Below, piece after piece: positions 12,761 to 24,760 of a stretch of DNA of 64,000 nucleotides. Where the stretch lies: positions 99,138,001 through 99,202,000 of the forward strand of contig NC_135896.1 in NCBI RefSeq assembly GCF_964194155.1, given 5' to 3'. Position 1 is the first letter of the stretch; each line of letters starts with the position of its first letter. This DNA is from Cetorhinus maximus (lineage: Eukaryota). The position numbers and the translations under genes are program-made. The notes beneath the pieces are model-generated. The model searched no databases. It had not been told where the DNA came from and worked only from the letters and a program-made list of their open reading frames with translations.

Positions 12761-15439
12761 GGTACTTGGTGAAGTATTCTCATAGTGGTACCATTGGGAC
12801 TTCTTTTCCAATCTCCTTTCAGAATAGGGACCTCTCATCAGTTAAATGCAGGTACTGGTGGCTTGCCAGAGGCTTCTTGCTCCAGACATATCAGATGGAG
12901 GATTCTCATTGGTGGAGGAAAATGGCCCTGAGGCCAAAAAAAATGAAGAGAAATGAAGAGGATTGCCACAGGGCCTCATGAAAATCTAAGCACCATCAGA
13001 AAATAATGAAGAAAAGTAATCAAGATGTGGCTTTAAAACTGCCCAATCCTATTGTGCCCTTTGGGCTAACCGTTCATAACTCTTCCTCAGCAATCCAATG
13101 TGCCAATTTCATGTGGGCATCACTTGACCCCCATGTCCTACATGCCAGAAGGTCAGGAAATTACATGCCGGATCCCCTTGCCAGAAATTAATTCTTAATG
13201 AATGCTTAATTAACGAATGCTTAATTAATTAATGCTCAATTAAGCTCCTGCATGCTTGAGGTTGAAAGTTCCAAAGAAGAGTCATTTGACCTGAAATATT
13301 AACTCTGTTTCTCTCTCCACAGACCCTGCCAGACCTGCTGAATTTTTCTAGCACTTCCTGTTTTTATCCTGGGATTTCCACTCCTGATATCCCCTGTATT
13401 GGGAGGTTATGTGTGCCCCAGTGAGTGTGAACCAGTGGGATGAAATTTGCCCAATTTTACAGTCAGGTCCGCCCAATCTATGCTTACCCAAAGGGCAAAA
13501 TTATTTGAAAAATCTAAGTACCTAAAGTTGCTATCTTATTATATTATATATTATATATTATTGCAAAGAAAGTCACTGATAGTTTATCGTCACAGGTTGT
13601 CACCATTTCTAGTGAACCAAAAGAGAATGAATAGTGGTATCCACATAAATAAAACATCTGTACCTGACCAGCTCATGTTTAGCCATGGTTGAAAGCTGGG
13701 ATTTGTTGCTTATCCATCCTTCAAATATATCAACATCTGCAGGATTGGAACTGATGGATAATTTATCAGTTCTCATCTCAAATAATGTGACCAACTGGGG
13801 CAAAGAAAAGAATCCATACACATCTTTCAAAGCTACTGTACAACTTTGTCATCAGGTTCTTATAGGAGAAAGCTGTGATCAGTACCATTGTGCACATTGC
13901 AGAGTCATAATGTAAACTGTGCTAACCAGGCAGGCACAGCATAAAGAACAACTGCTTTACAACTGCCTCCTAGACAGCACACTAGCCTAAGTCAAGATAT
14001 GAAGATGCTCTATGTCTGACTCTATAAAAGAAAGCAAATAGTACTAGACAAGTCCAAAATTACATTCAAAGGTGCCATTACAAAATGGTAGTGGATGGAG
14101 CTGTCTTTACAGAGGGCAGCCTGTTACTTTGAATCAAGTTGTGGTGCCCAGAGATATACAAGGAAAAAGCTCTGATCAACTCACAATCTTTTGATGTACA
14201 GATGAATTTGAAGAGTAGCTCCAAAGTCTTGGTGCTAATAGGGAGCAGATCCCACAGGAGCACCTGGATCAGTCAAACTTTGTGGACTATTGAATTGACC
14301 CATTAACATCATTCTGCCACCCAGGTGTGTCTGCATTGGTTGATTTTTGTCATGCTTTTCCAGTCCACTTGTGTAGTCTAACAGCTGAATGTTTTGTGAA
14401 ATATATATAACTTTAAATAATTTAACATTTTTATTAATTTGTCTTGTGTGAGAAGAAACATTCATTGATGATCAAACATTTTAGCTTCTTTTGAAGATGA
14501 TATAAGTCGTGCGGAATAGTGAGATCACTGCATATGGTAATCACTAGACTGAGTGTGTCTCTGAGGCACAAGGCCACTCAGTCCTACATTTTCTAATGTA
14601 CCTTTCCACTATATTTTTAATCCTAACATAAGGGCATCGACCTGAAACATTAATTCTATTTCTTTCTTTGCAGATGCTGCCTGACCTGCTGAGTGTTTCT
14701 AACAATTTCTGTTTTAATTTCAAGTTTCCAACATCCACAATATATTGTTGCTGTATTTCCATCTACTGGTTAATTATTATGTATTCACAACATCAATGTA
14801 AATTCAGGAGCATAATCACATCGCTACACCTCCGGGTGTAAGGTTATGACGTTGTCCTTCATTCTCTACCTCAAGTCTGGGAATCGGATCAGATCTGCGC
14901 TGCCAGTGTTAGCCTTGACTCTGAGAATCCCATTTTCAACAGCCTCAACTCCAGCTCAGATCTGGCTATGCTGCTGCTCGATCCCCAGCCATGGATTCCA
15001 TGATTTTTCCATAGAAGCAGTGATAGCCACGCTGCTACCCATCCACAAGCCATGGATCCTACACCATCCTGTTCTGAGAACCTGCCCCTGGATCTGCACG
15101 GAGATTTGCCCCATCCCGTGTGCAACACAATGGCAGCTGCGCGTGAACGTGGAGAAGAAGAATCTCCTCCCGAAGCTCTACCTGAAGACAATGTGAACTG
15201 AAGCAAGCCCCAAGGCAAAATACATTGTGGACTGGCAAATATGCAAGCCTGCTTTCTAAAATACTGGCTATGTTGTACTCCTGGGTAATTGTTTTGTGTG
15301 AAAATTACATTCATACTGTATCTGCACACGATTCTCATGATGACTGTAGAGTTCTTTTTAATTTGATTCATTTTTTTCATTCCAGCATTTGGGATTGACT
15401 CAGACCCGGTTCGTCAACTTTTCCAGGCTACAGAACAAC

Positions 15440-15658
15440 ATGGCTAAAGACAAAAATCGTCTCTGGTCCCTTTTCTGGTTAATTGTGTTTGTTTTCTTTG
15501 GTTGGCCGCTTGGTATTTTTCTAGGTGGATTGTATGGCTTTCTCTCTCCTCTGGATGATTTCCTTGGACTCAATGAAATAACTGATGCCCTTCTGAAAGG
15601 TGCAAACCTGGGCAGACTCTGTGCTAAAAACATGATAAAAGGTAAACCTGCCTGTTGA
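15440..15658 (+). CDS. Uncharacterised 72-aa hydrophobic membrane microprotein, paralog B (MAKDKNRLWSLFWLIVFVFFGWPLGIFLGGLYGFLSPL...KPAC)
   Basis: aacATGg Kozak context. Acceptor tttttttcattccag ends at 15385; AATAAA at 15849. Paralogous to 4985-5203. Confidence 0.82.
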   Translation: MAKDKNRLWSLFWLIVFVFFGWPLGIFLGGLYGFLSPLDDFLGLNEITDALLKGANLGRLCAKNMIKGKPAC

Positions 15659-16594
15659 AAAGCACCATCGCTACCATTTCAACTACTTCACTACAACCGG
15701 CACAAAGTTTTACTTTACCACAAAAATGACGGCGGATTTAATGTATTTTAAAATCTACTGAGGGGCATCACCTTGCTGAACTCTGTGGGTGGCTGTTGAT
15801 AATTTAATTTTTATTAATACCGTTGTACGCCCTTTTCAAACAAAGACAAATAAACTCACTTTGCATCATTCGCTGTCGTCACCTTCATAAATTTCTTACT
15901 TTATTTAGAAGCTCTCAGTTTATATAAATAGCACAATTTTCTACCCTGTGCACAAGTAGGTGAACGGATTCTGTGAAATGTTCTAGTCCCCCACATAAGG
16001 CTTTGCTTGTGTGGCAGAGAGATCCCCTCCCAGGCTCTTGGAATACAATTCCATCTCTTGCTATATTTGTACTTTGTTCAGTAATGTATGCAATCCATTT
16101 TTAAAATTTAAGTTTAATTAGTTTTACATTTGTAAGCAGCTAAGATTTCTCTTACCTCCAGTCGGTCAGCCCTCATATCCTGCTCCAGCCAAGATGTCGA
16201 TAGGTCTAAGTTTATATTTACTTCATTTATTCCTCCACTTTATTTAAGTTCCTGCAGCAGGTGAGAGTTCTGGAGGTAGAACACGAGCAGATCCAGTTGA
16301 AGTGTTTTCACCCATCGATTCTGGCCTCTGATCCCCAAACATTCTGCCACTTCCAGCCCCAGGAGGTCTTATCTGGCCCAACTTTGGCCCCCAAATCTAG
16401 AAACATCCTTGAGCCTCCAATCCCGCGACTGTGAAAAATCTTCTCTGTACAAAAACCATAGGTTATTTAATTCTACTCCTGACTCTGGCCTCCAGACATT
16501 AGATGTCATGAGCCAAGCTGTTTTCTATATCCCCAGATGTGGCTGACAATCTACCTGAAAGTGGTTATTCACCTCATCAATAAAATCGATAAAA

Positions 16595-16720
16595 AACAGG
16601 AGCAGGAATAGGCCATTTGGCCCATCAAACCTGCTCCATTATTCAATAAGATCATGTCTAATCTGATGAACTCCACTTTCCTTCCTGTCCCTCATAACCC
16701 TTGACTCTCTTGAGATCAAA
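16595..16720 (-). mobile_element. CR1 3' tail fragment
   Basis: aggagcaggaataggccatt... matches the reverse complement of the CR1 tail. Confidence 0.6.
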
Positions 16721-16739
16721 AATGTCAAAGATCAACTGT

Positions 16740-17790
16740 CCTCTGGTGTCAGTATTAAGTACTGCCCAGATGAAAAGCTCTTTAATCTCAGTCGTCTCCA
16801 TGCCAAAACTAAACTGATCACCATAGACATTCATGATCTACACTTTGCAGATGACGGCAGTGTCATTGCCCACTCTGCACCAGACTTGTAAGCCACTCAC
16901 GATCTCTTCAATTCTGCAAACATCTATCACCCACACTTGGTCAGCTAAGTATTCCACCTCCTACGTATGTTGAAGGAGAGACTCTGGAATATGTTGAGCA
17001 CTTCCCATACCTTGGCTGCCACCTCTCTCAAAAGACCACAATTGACGGGGAGATCCAACACTGAATCAGCTGTTCAAATTGAGCCTTCTACAAACTACAG
17101 CAGTGAGTGTTTGACAACAAAGACCTCCATAAGTCAACCAAAGTCCTCGTGTACAGAGCAGTTGCTGTCACCACACTCCTGTATTGCAGTGAGACCAGGA
17201 CTGTGTATCAGTGACACGGAAGAGCACTAGAGAAATTGCCTCCATCACATCCTCTAGATTCAATGAGGAAGTCCGTTGAGTGAATGTTAGTGTTCTTCTT
17301 GAAGCCAGCTCTATGAGCATTCAAACAAAGCTCCTGCAAAATCAGCTTTGATGGACTGGACACCGTGTCCGGAAGCATCTCCCCTGCCAGGTCCTGTTTT
17401 CTCAGCTCTCAAATGGCCAACATTCCAGGGGAGAGCAAAGAAAGCACTTCAAAGACACTCTGAAGCTCTCCTTGAAGCACGACCACATTGACGTTAATGA
17501 CTGGGAGGCACTTGCTAACAATCATTGAGAATGGTGACAATTTGTCCATCAAGCTGCATCACATTTTGAGTCCCAGCGGTTTAATGATGAGGCAGAGTGT
17601 CAACAGAGGAGGAAAGAAAAGGAAGCAAATCCCGCACTCCAGATCCCACTACTCCCTGGGATGTCTTTTCCCACGTGCCCAAAGATCTGTGTGTCGAGTC
17701 CCAGCCTCTTCAGTCACATGCAAATCCATGGCAGGAACTCAAGACCCTGACTAGATGTCATCCTGGAGTTGAGGGACAGCCGACGGTGAC
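16740..17790 (+). mobile_element. RTE-clade LINE 3' fragment (degenerate RT)
   Basis: DLHFADD, LEYVEHFPYLG, EIQH*I and LYCSET motifs in shifting frames. Confidence 0.72.
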
Positions 17791-19239
17791 TCCCAACCTG
17801 GGAATAACCTGAGGGTATAAGGTTCATATTCATGGCACTGCTAGGGGGGCCTGCCTGGCTTTCCCAGGGGCAGACTGTGCCACTGGCTGCTACCTGCACA
17901 GCCTTGGTGGCGTCCTTCAAGGGAATGATCGCACAAAGGTGCGTCCCCTGGGTGCAGCTGAATATGTTGAATTTGTGCTATCCTCACATCACAGCGCCCA
18001 ACTGATATGCCACCAGGATTCCAAATTTCGACAGTTCAGGTCCTAGCAATGCCTCCATTGTCCACTCCAGAAAAAGGGAGAGTGAAGCAGCAAGGTGGAC
18101 CCTGCAGTCACGTTTCCTCTAAGCTGCATGGGTACATAGCCAGACAGTTTTTGGAAGTGTACTGAACAGGAAACAAGCAGGCCATGCACACGCAACGCTC
18201 CCTGTAAGATGCGCATGTACATGACTGTGCCTCAACCTTAAATGGCCGGCACTGTGCAACAAGAGGGAACATTACCCTGCAGCAATATTTTTAAGGGGCC
18301 AGGCACAGGTAACTTACATTTTCAGAATGTTTTCTGATGCAGTGTCTGGAAGTATTCTGGAGTGATTTTGGAAGTGCTTTGGTGAGTTCCTGTATTTGCC
18401 AAAGAGTGTTGCCACATTCTCGCAGGGAGGGCAGGGCAGTGGGCGACCTGTGTACACAAAGGCAGCAACAGGTTTGGGGGCAGTAGTGGCAGTGTCTCTG
18501 AGCCTGCAGCACGATAGGGAGATGGAGCAGAGAGGGATCGCTCAAGAAGATACCCTCCACCAACTTAGTGCTGGGCTTCTCCATGCTCCTTGACAGTGAC
18601 AGGAGGCTGTCTGGCAGACCAGGGATGGCGCTTTATGAGTTGCTCTTGCAGAGACTGGCATGGATGCAATGGGCTGAATGGCCTCCCTCTGCACTGTAAC
18701 CATTCTATGGTTCTATTCAATGAAAACCACCAATTTAATTCGATTACCCAGAGTGTACACGTCATGGTTAGATGACAGGCTAATTCCAGGGTTAGAAATT
18801 TAACAGTGGTATGTTACAAGTAATTCCGTGAAATGTAGGTCAGAACTCCTGCGTTAAAATAGTTTTGAATTTCCAAGCATGATCACCAGTATAAGAGCTT
18901 TCCTACTTCTGTAGGAGGTTGAAGCTTTTTCTTCAGCTGTGACTTGCAAGACGTTTTGGATTAACTGTTCAACAACTGCACCAAATGCTTTCCTGACTGA
19001 ATTGCCTGTTTTCACTGGCTACTGTGTTGGGCAATGACAGGTGGTCAGGACAGCTGGTGTGCATCAGAGACTATGTCTGGTAAGAGGCTTGGGTCTCACA
19101 TGAAGACGCTACTGCTCAAAGGCTGAAATTGCACCACAATTGTTTGTACGGTTAGCTGGAAAGTGGTTTGTAACATGGCGAGCTAAACTAGAATAACATC
19201 ATTTCAATGACAAAACCAAGAAGTTGATCACTTTTAATA

Positions 19240-20000
19240 TTCATTCTCGGGATGTGGTCATTCCTGGCAAGGCTGGCATTAATTGCCCTTGAGAAAGTGG
19301 CAGTGGATCTCTTTCTTGTGTGGCTGCAGGGCCACATGGTGAACACACTCCCACAATATTGTTAGGTAGAGAATTCTGGGATTTTGACCCAATGCCCAAT
19401 ATATGCCCATGTCAGGAGGAATCTTCCTTGCAGCAGAGCTCAGAGGTGGTGGTGTTCCCATGAACCTGCTGCCCTTGTTCATTCTAGATGGTGGAGGAAA
19501 TGGATTCAGGAAACGCTACTGAAGAAACCTTGGCAAGTTGCTGCTGTGCATCCTGTAGATACTACACTGCAGGCATGGTACGCTGGTGGAGGAGGGAAAG
19601 AATATTTAAACCACTGGATGAGATGCCAATCAAGCAGACTGATTTGTCCTGTGTTGAACTTTTTGAACATTGATGGAGCTGCACCCATCTAGGCAAGTGG
19701 AGAGTATCCCTTCACATTGCTAACTTATATCTGGTAGTAAAGAGGCTCTGGAGGGTCAAGAGGTGAGCCACTCAGCTCAGAATACCCAACCTCTGACGTG
19801 GTTATAAGCCACAGTATTTATGCCACTGGTCCAGTTCAGTTTATGGATAATGGTCATCTCCAGGATGTTGATGGTCAGGAATGAGGGTGATGATATCTTT
19901 AACATACATTAAAGGAAGATGGGCATTGACTGACACTTGAGTGGCACTAAAGCTACTTCCATTTACCAGCCTAAGCCTGGATGATGTCCAGGTTTGCTGC
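19240..20000 (-). mobile_element. CR1/L2-superfamily LINE 3' fragment (same family as 52160-52810)
   Basis: Colinear nucleotide similarity to 52160-52810. Confidence 0.7.
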
Positions 20001-20439
20001 GCGATTGGCAAGGATTGGAGCTTTCTCTCAAAATTAACAATCTTTGCACCTACAATACATTGAAGATCCTTTACTATAAACTGAGAATCAATATTTTTAG
20101 TGTGAAAAGATCATGGCTGGATAAAACCGAGCTCCGTTGTTAAAACCACAAAAATCCGAGATTGGATCAGGCCCCAAGTGGCTTTACCAAGTGTACACTT
20201 TGGAAACTGCCACTTAATGTTCATTTCTGAAAAAAATATGCAAACATTTTGAAGTGTAGGTCTAAAGGCATTCTTCTGAATATGAGTGAATTCAATGAAA
20301 TCCTGAATAACGAGATGAAACAGGACCACATTTATAACGACCCTTTCAAACAGTTGACTCTTCTGCTGTGCAGAAGTCTGATAACATAGCGAATGTCACA
20401 ATCCTTGCAGGTTGCAAAGGCTGCAAATAACATTTTTAA

Positions 20440-20932
20440 AATTTATTCTGGGGATAAGGGTGTCATGAGCAAGACTAGCAGTTATTACTCACCCCCTGGT
20501 AGTTCTTGAAAAGGTGGTGGTGAGCTGTTTTCTTGAACCATTGAAGATAATGTTAGGTAGCGAGTTCCAGGATTTTAAAACAGCAACTTTGAAGGAAGCA
20601 CAATATATGTCCAAGTTAGGCCGGTGTTTGACTTGAAGGGGAACTTGCCGATGATACCTCTCCCATGCCCCTGATACCTTCATCCTTATCATCAGAGGTC
20701 ACAAGTTTGCCATGTGGGTGTGGAAGAAGCCTTGTGAATTGGCAGTACTACACACTGCAGCTACGGTACACTGATAATGGAGAGAGTGAACGTTTGATGG
20801 ACTAACAATGAAGCAGATTGCTTTGTCATGGATAGTGTTGAGCTTCTGGTGTGTTGTTGGAGCTGCAGTCAGCCAGGCACGTGGAGATTATTCCATCACA
20901 CTCCTGATTTATGCCTTGGAGGTGGTAAAAAG
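20440..20932 (-). mobile_element. LINE 3' fragment, interrupted by the solo LTR and resuming at 21859-21885
   Basis: Similar to 52160-52700; the sequence continues aggctttggggagtcagg after the LTR. Confidence 0.65.
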
Positions 20933-21858
20933 TGTCAGGAAGATATAATAATTTCCATAATGTTATTGGAATTTATTGTAAAACAGAGTAATAGTGGGAT
21001 GTGTTTATGTGTCTGCGTGTGTATGTTTAAGACTTAATTGAATTAGAGGCAGCTAGTCTGGGTGCTTTGATGTAAGAAGAGAAGTTAGGTTGAAATGTTA
21101 ATTAGGTAAACATGGGGAAATTTAGAAACATTGGTGTCAAGGGAACATTTGCATTTTTAAATAAACCAGACTAAATTGTTTTCAAAAGAGGGAGTGAAAG
21201 GGGTCTCCTAGCCAGGCGAAGTTTAGAAAGAGTGTGTTTATTTTTCCTAAAGATTACTGGTAAAACTTAGTGCTAGGCGAGGTTTTTATTATCAGGAAGA
21301 TAAAGTCCAAAGACATAGTGCATTCAAAGGGAAAATATGTATAAAGGAGTGAAAGCTGTGTGTAAGGGAAGGTATTTTAAGATCTTACAAGTGTGAAAAG
21401 TCTTCAGCATCTATGCCTCAAGCTGCTGTCTTCAAAGGACTGAAGTTAAGAAAACTCACTTTATATTTGACTTGTTCAGGGTATTGTGTTTCTTTGCCCG
21501 GGTCTTTTAAAATTTGTGTCTTACTGTTGCCTTAACGAAGGTGTAACTGGGAGTTAGATTGATTAGGGGAATTAGAAGTTATCATAGTAGTAATTTGTAG
21601 ATTTATGTATGTATTTAAAATCATTTCTCATATTAATAAATGTTTAAATTAGTTTTATAAAAACCTATAAGACTTGGTGGTCTTATCGATGGGCTGAAGG
21701 GCCTCTTCTGCACTGTGATTCTGTGATTCTTATTATTACTGAATTCAAGGCACACCTTTCAAAATTTATAAAAACTGCAAAACAAGTTGTGTCACTTGTT
21801 TCAAGTTTTCCTTTGGGATTTGAACAGCTCAGCATTTACTATTGGCTGTGCCATAACA
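20933..21858 (+). mobile_element. Solo LTR (Gypsy/ERV-like), 926 bp
   Basis: TGT...ACA termini, 4-bp TSD AAAG on both sides, internal TATAAA (about 21340) and AATAAA (21635). Confidence 0.75.
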
Positions 21859-22429
21859 AAAGGCTTTGGGGAGTCAGGAGGCATTGCAGGAATGGGTATC
21901 TAAGCCAGCGAATGGCCAATGAATGTTACACTAAAATCTATTCTCAAGGCAGTGCTAGTTATTGCTAGGTTCAGAGGTGATAAATCATGTTGTTTCGTTT
22001 TCTCTGAGGTAAGTATTTTAGTACTTGGCACAGCTAGTTTACACTTCCAGTTCAGATCATTTGAGCTGGAATTTGCTGTGGAAATAATGATAAGACGAAC
22101 AATGTTTGCCATTTTTGATGTGGACATCAGGCAGCAATTTTTGGCAGCCACACTTGTGCAGTTCAACACAGAAATCCAGAAGTTGTTGTGGAAGTGTGAT
22201 GCTCCTCCAAAAGCTCCCTGAAAACAGCATCTTGCCATCTGGCTCCCATTTCAAATACATTCCATGACATGGAGTTGTTGTACTTAGCTCATAGATATGA
22301 ACTAAATATGAGGGTTTGTCCATTCCAGTCTTGACAGGGTAACTAACTCTTAATTACTGCCAAGCAACCCCTCTGGCACTGAAAATTAACTTTTATAAAT
22401 GTGGAGTCTTCTTTTAGGTTTTAATTACA

Positions 22430-22650
22430 TAGGGAATAAGAGTAGGAGTAGGCCATTCACCCCATTGAGCCTGTTCCACCATTTAAAAAGATTATGGCTG
22501 ATCTACCTCTTATGCCATTTTCCCCCACAATCCCCAAATTCCTTGATGTCATTACTATTCAAAAATCTATCAACTTCTGTCTTGGGCTTGCTCAATGATT
22601 GACCTTACACAATCATCTGGGTTAAAGAATTCCAAAGATTCTCCATCAAG
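22430..22650 (-). mobile_element. CR1 3' tail fragment
   Basis: Similar to 12435-12760. Confidence 0.65.
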
Positions 22651-22779
22651 TTAGTTTAGAAAAATAATCATTTTTTTTTTTGTTTTCCTTTTAGTCTCCT
22701 TTTTGTCTCTCTCTTAATCCAGTCTTTCTTTCCATTACTATAGAGGATACAAAAACATTCCAGTAATAGCTGCAAATCA

Positions 22780-24420
22780 GGAGGTGAACAGGGGAAAGGA
22801 ACTTGGCGAAACTGAAATCACTAGGGAAATGGTACTGAGCAAACTGACGGAGATGCGGGCTGGCAAGTCTCCGGGTCCTGATGGACTATATCCTAGGGTC
22901 TTAAAAGAGGTGGCGAATGAGGTAGTTGATGTGCTGGTGTTCATTTTCCAAAATTCACTAGGTTCTGGAAAGGTTCCACTAGATTGGAAAGTAGCAAATA
23001 CAACCCCTGTATTCAAGAAGGGAGGGAGGAAGGAAACTACCGGCCAATTAGCTTGATGTCTGTCGTGGGGAAGTTATTAGAATCGGTCATTAAGGAGGTT
23101 ATAGCTGGGGATTTAGGAGAGCTCAAGACAATAGAGAAGAGTCAGCATGGTTTTGTGAAAGGAAAATCATGTTTAATCAATTTATTGGAGTTTTTTGAAA
23201 GAGTAACATGCACTGTGGATAAAGGGGAGCCAGTAGACGTACTGTGCTTGGATTTCCAGAAGGCATTTGATAAGTTGCCCCATCAAAGATTATTATGGAT
23301 AATAAAAGCGCATGGTGTAGTGGGTAATGTATTAGCATGGATAGAAGATTGGCTGTCTGGCAGAAAGCAGAGAGTATGCATAAATGGGTTTTTTTCAGAT
23401 TGGCAGGATTAGACGAGTGGAGTCCCACAGGGCCTCAACTTTTTACAATTCACATCAATGACTTAGATGAGGGGAGTGAAGACATGGTATTTAAATTTGC
23501 AGATGACACAAAGATAGGTAGGAAAGTATGTTGTGAAGAGGATATGAAGAGGTTGCAGATGGATATAGATAGGTTGAGTGAGTGGGCAAAGATCTGACAA
23601 ATGGAGTTTGATATGGGAAAATGTGAAGTTGGCAGGAAGAACAAAAACGCAGAGTATTACTTAAATGGAGAAAGGCTGCACAATTCTGAGGTGCAGAGGG
23701 ATCTAGGTGTTCTAGTACATGAATCACAAAAAATTAGTATGCAGGTACAGCAAGTAATTAAGAAGGCAAATTGAATGCTTCCTTTATTATGAGAGGAATT
23801 GAACATAACAATATGGATGTTATGTTTCAGTTATACAGGGCATTGGTGAAACTGCACCTTGAATACTGTGTGCAGTTTTGGTCTCCTTATTTAAGGAAGG
23901 ATGTAAATACATTGGAGGCAATTCAAAGCAGGTTTGTTAGATTGATACCTGGAATGAGTGGGTTGTCTTCTGAGGAAAGGTTAGACAGACTGGGCTTGTT
24001 TCCACTGGAGTTTAGAAGGGTGAGGGGTGATTTGATTGAAGTATACAAGATCCTGAATGGCCTTGACAAGGTGGATGTGGAAAGAATATTTCCTCTTATG
24101 GGTGAGTCCAGAGCTAGGGGGCAGTGTTTTAAAATTAGGGATCGCCTTTTTAGGACAGAGATGAGGAGAATTTTTTTTCTCTCAGAGGGTTGTGCGACTT
24201 TGGAATTCTCTGCCTCAGAAGGTGGTGGAGGTGGGGTCATAGAATATTTTTAAGGCAGAGGTAGATAGATTCTTGTTAGGCAAGGGAATCAAAGGTTATC
24301 AGGGTTAGACAGGAATGTGGAAATCGACACACAAGAAGATCGGCTATGATCTAATTGAATGGTGGAGCAGGCTCGAGGGGCCAAATGGTCTACTCCTGTT
24401 CCTATTTCTTATGTTCTTAT
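22780..24420 (+). mobile_element. CR1 LINE, 5'-truncated, degenerate ORF2 RT domain plus 3' UTR
   Basis: KSPGPDG, NYRPISL, SQHGF, LDFQKAFD, FADDT and LEYCVQFWSP motifs with frameshifts and stops. Confidence 0.93.
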
Positions 24421-24760
24421 AAAATAAAAACAAAATACTGCAGATGCAGGAAATCTGAAACAAAAAAACCATAAAAATGCTGGCAGCTTCTGTGGAGAGA
24501 GAAACAGAGTTAACATTTCATGTCTGTGTGACTCTTCTCCAGAGTTAAAGAGAAGTAGAAATGTGAAGGAATTTACACTGTTTAAGAGGGGGCGGAACAG
24601 GTGCAGCAACATAGGTCAGGGATAGATGGGAGTTAGGGGGAAATTTGACAAAGATTAAGACAAAGGGAGTTTTAATGGTAGTGTTAAAGACTAAAGGAGG
24701 TGCTGATAGTGACATAAAGGTAAGATAGCAGGATGTGTTTATAGCAGAACAAGGGTGAGC
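24421..24760 (-). mobile_element. Penelope-like pseudo-LTR/tail fragment
   Basis: aaatactgcagatgc...ctgtggagagagaaacagagttaac family motif. Confidence 0.6.

Noticed and set aside
22399-22430. MWSLLLGF as a third microprotein paralog
   Set aside because: Similarity is limited to MWSL, and the ORF runs straight into a CR1 tail.
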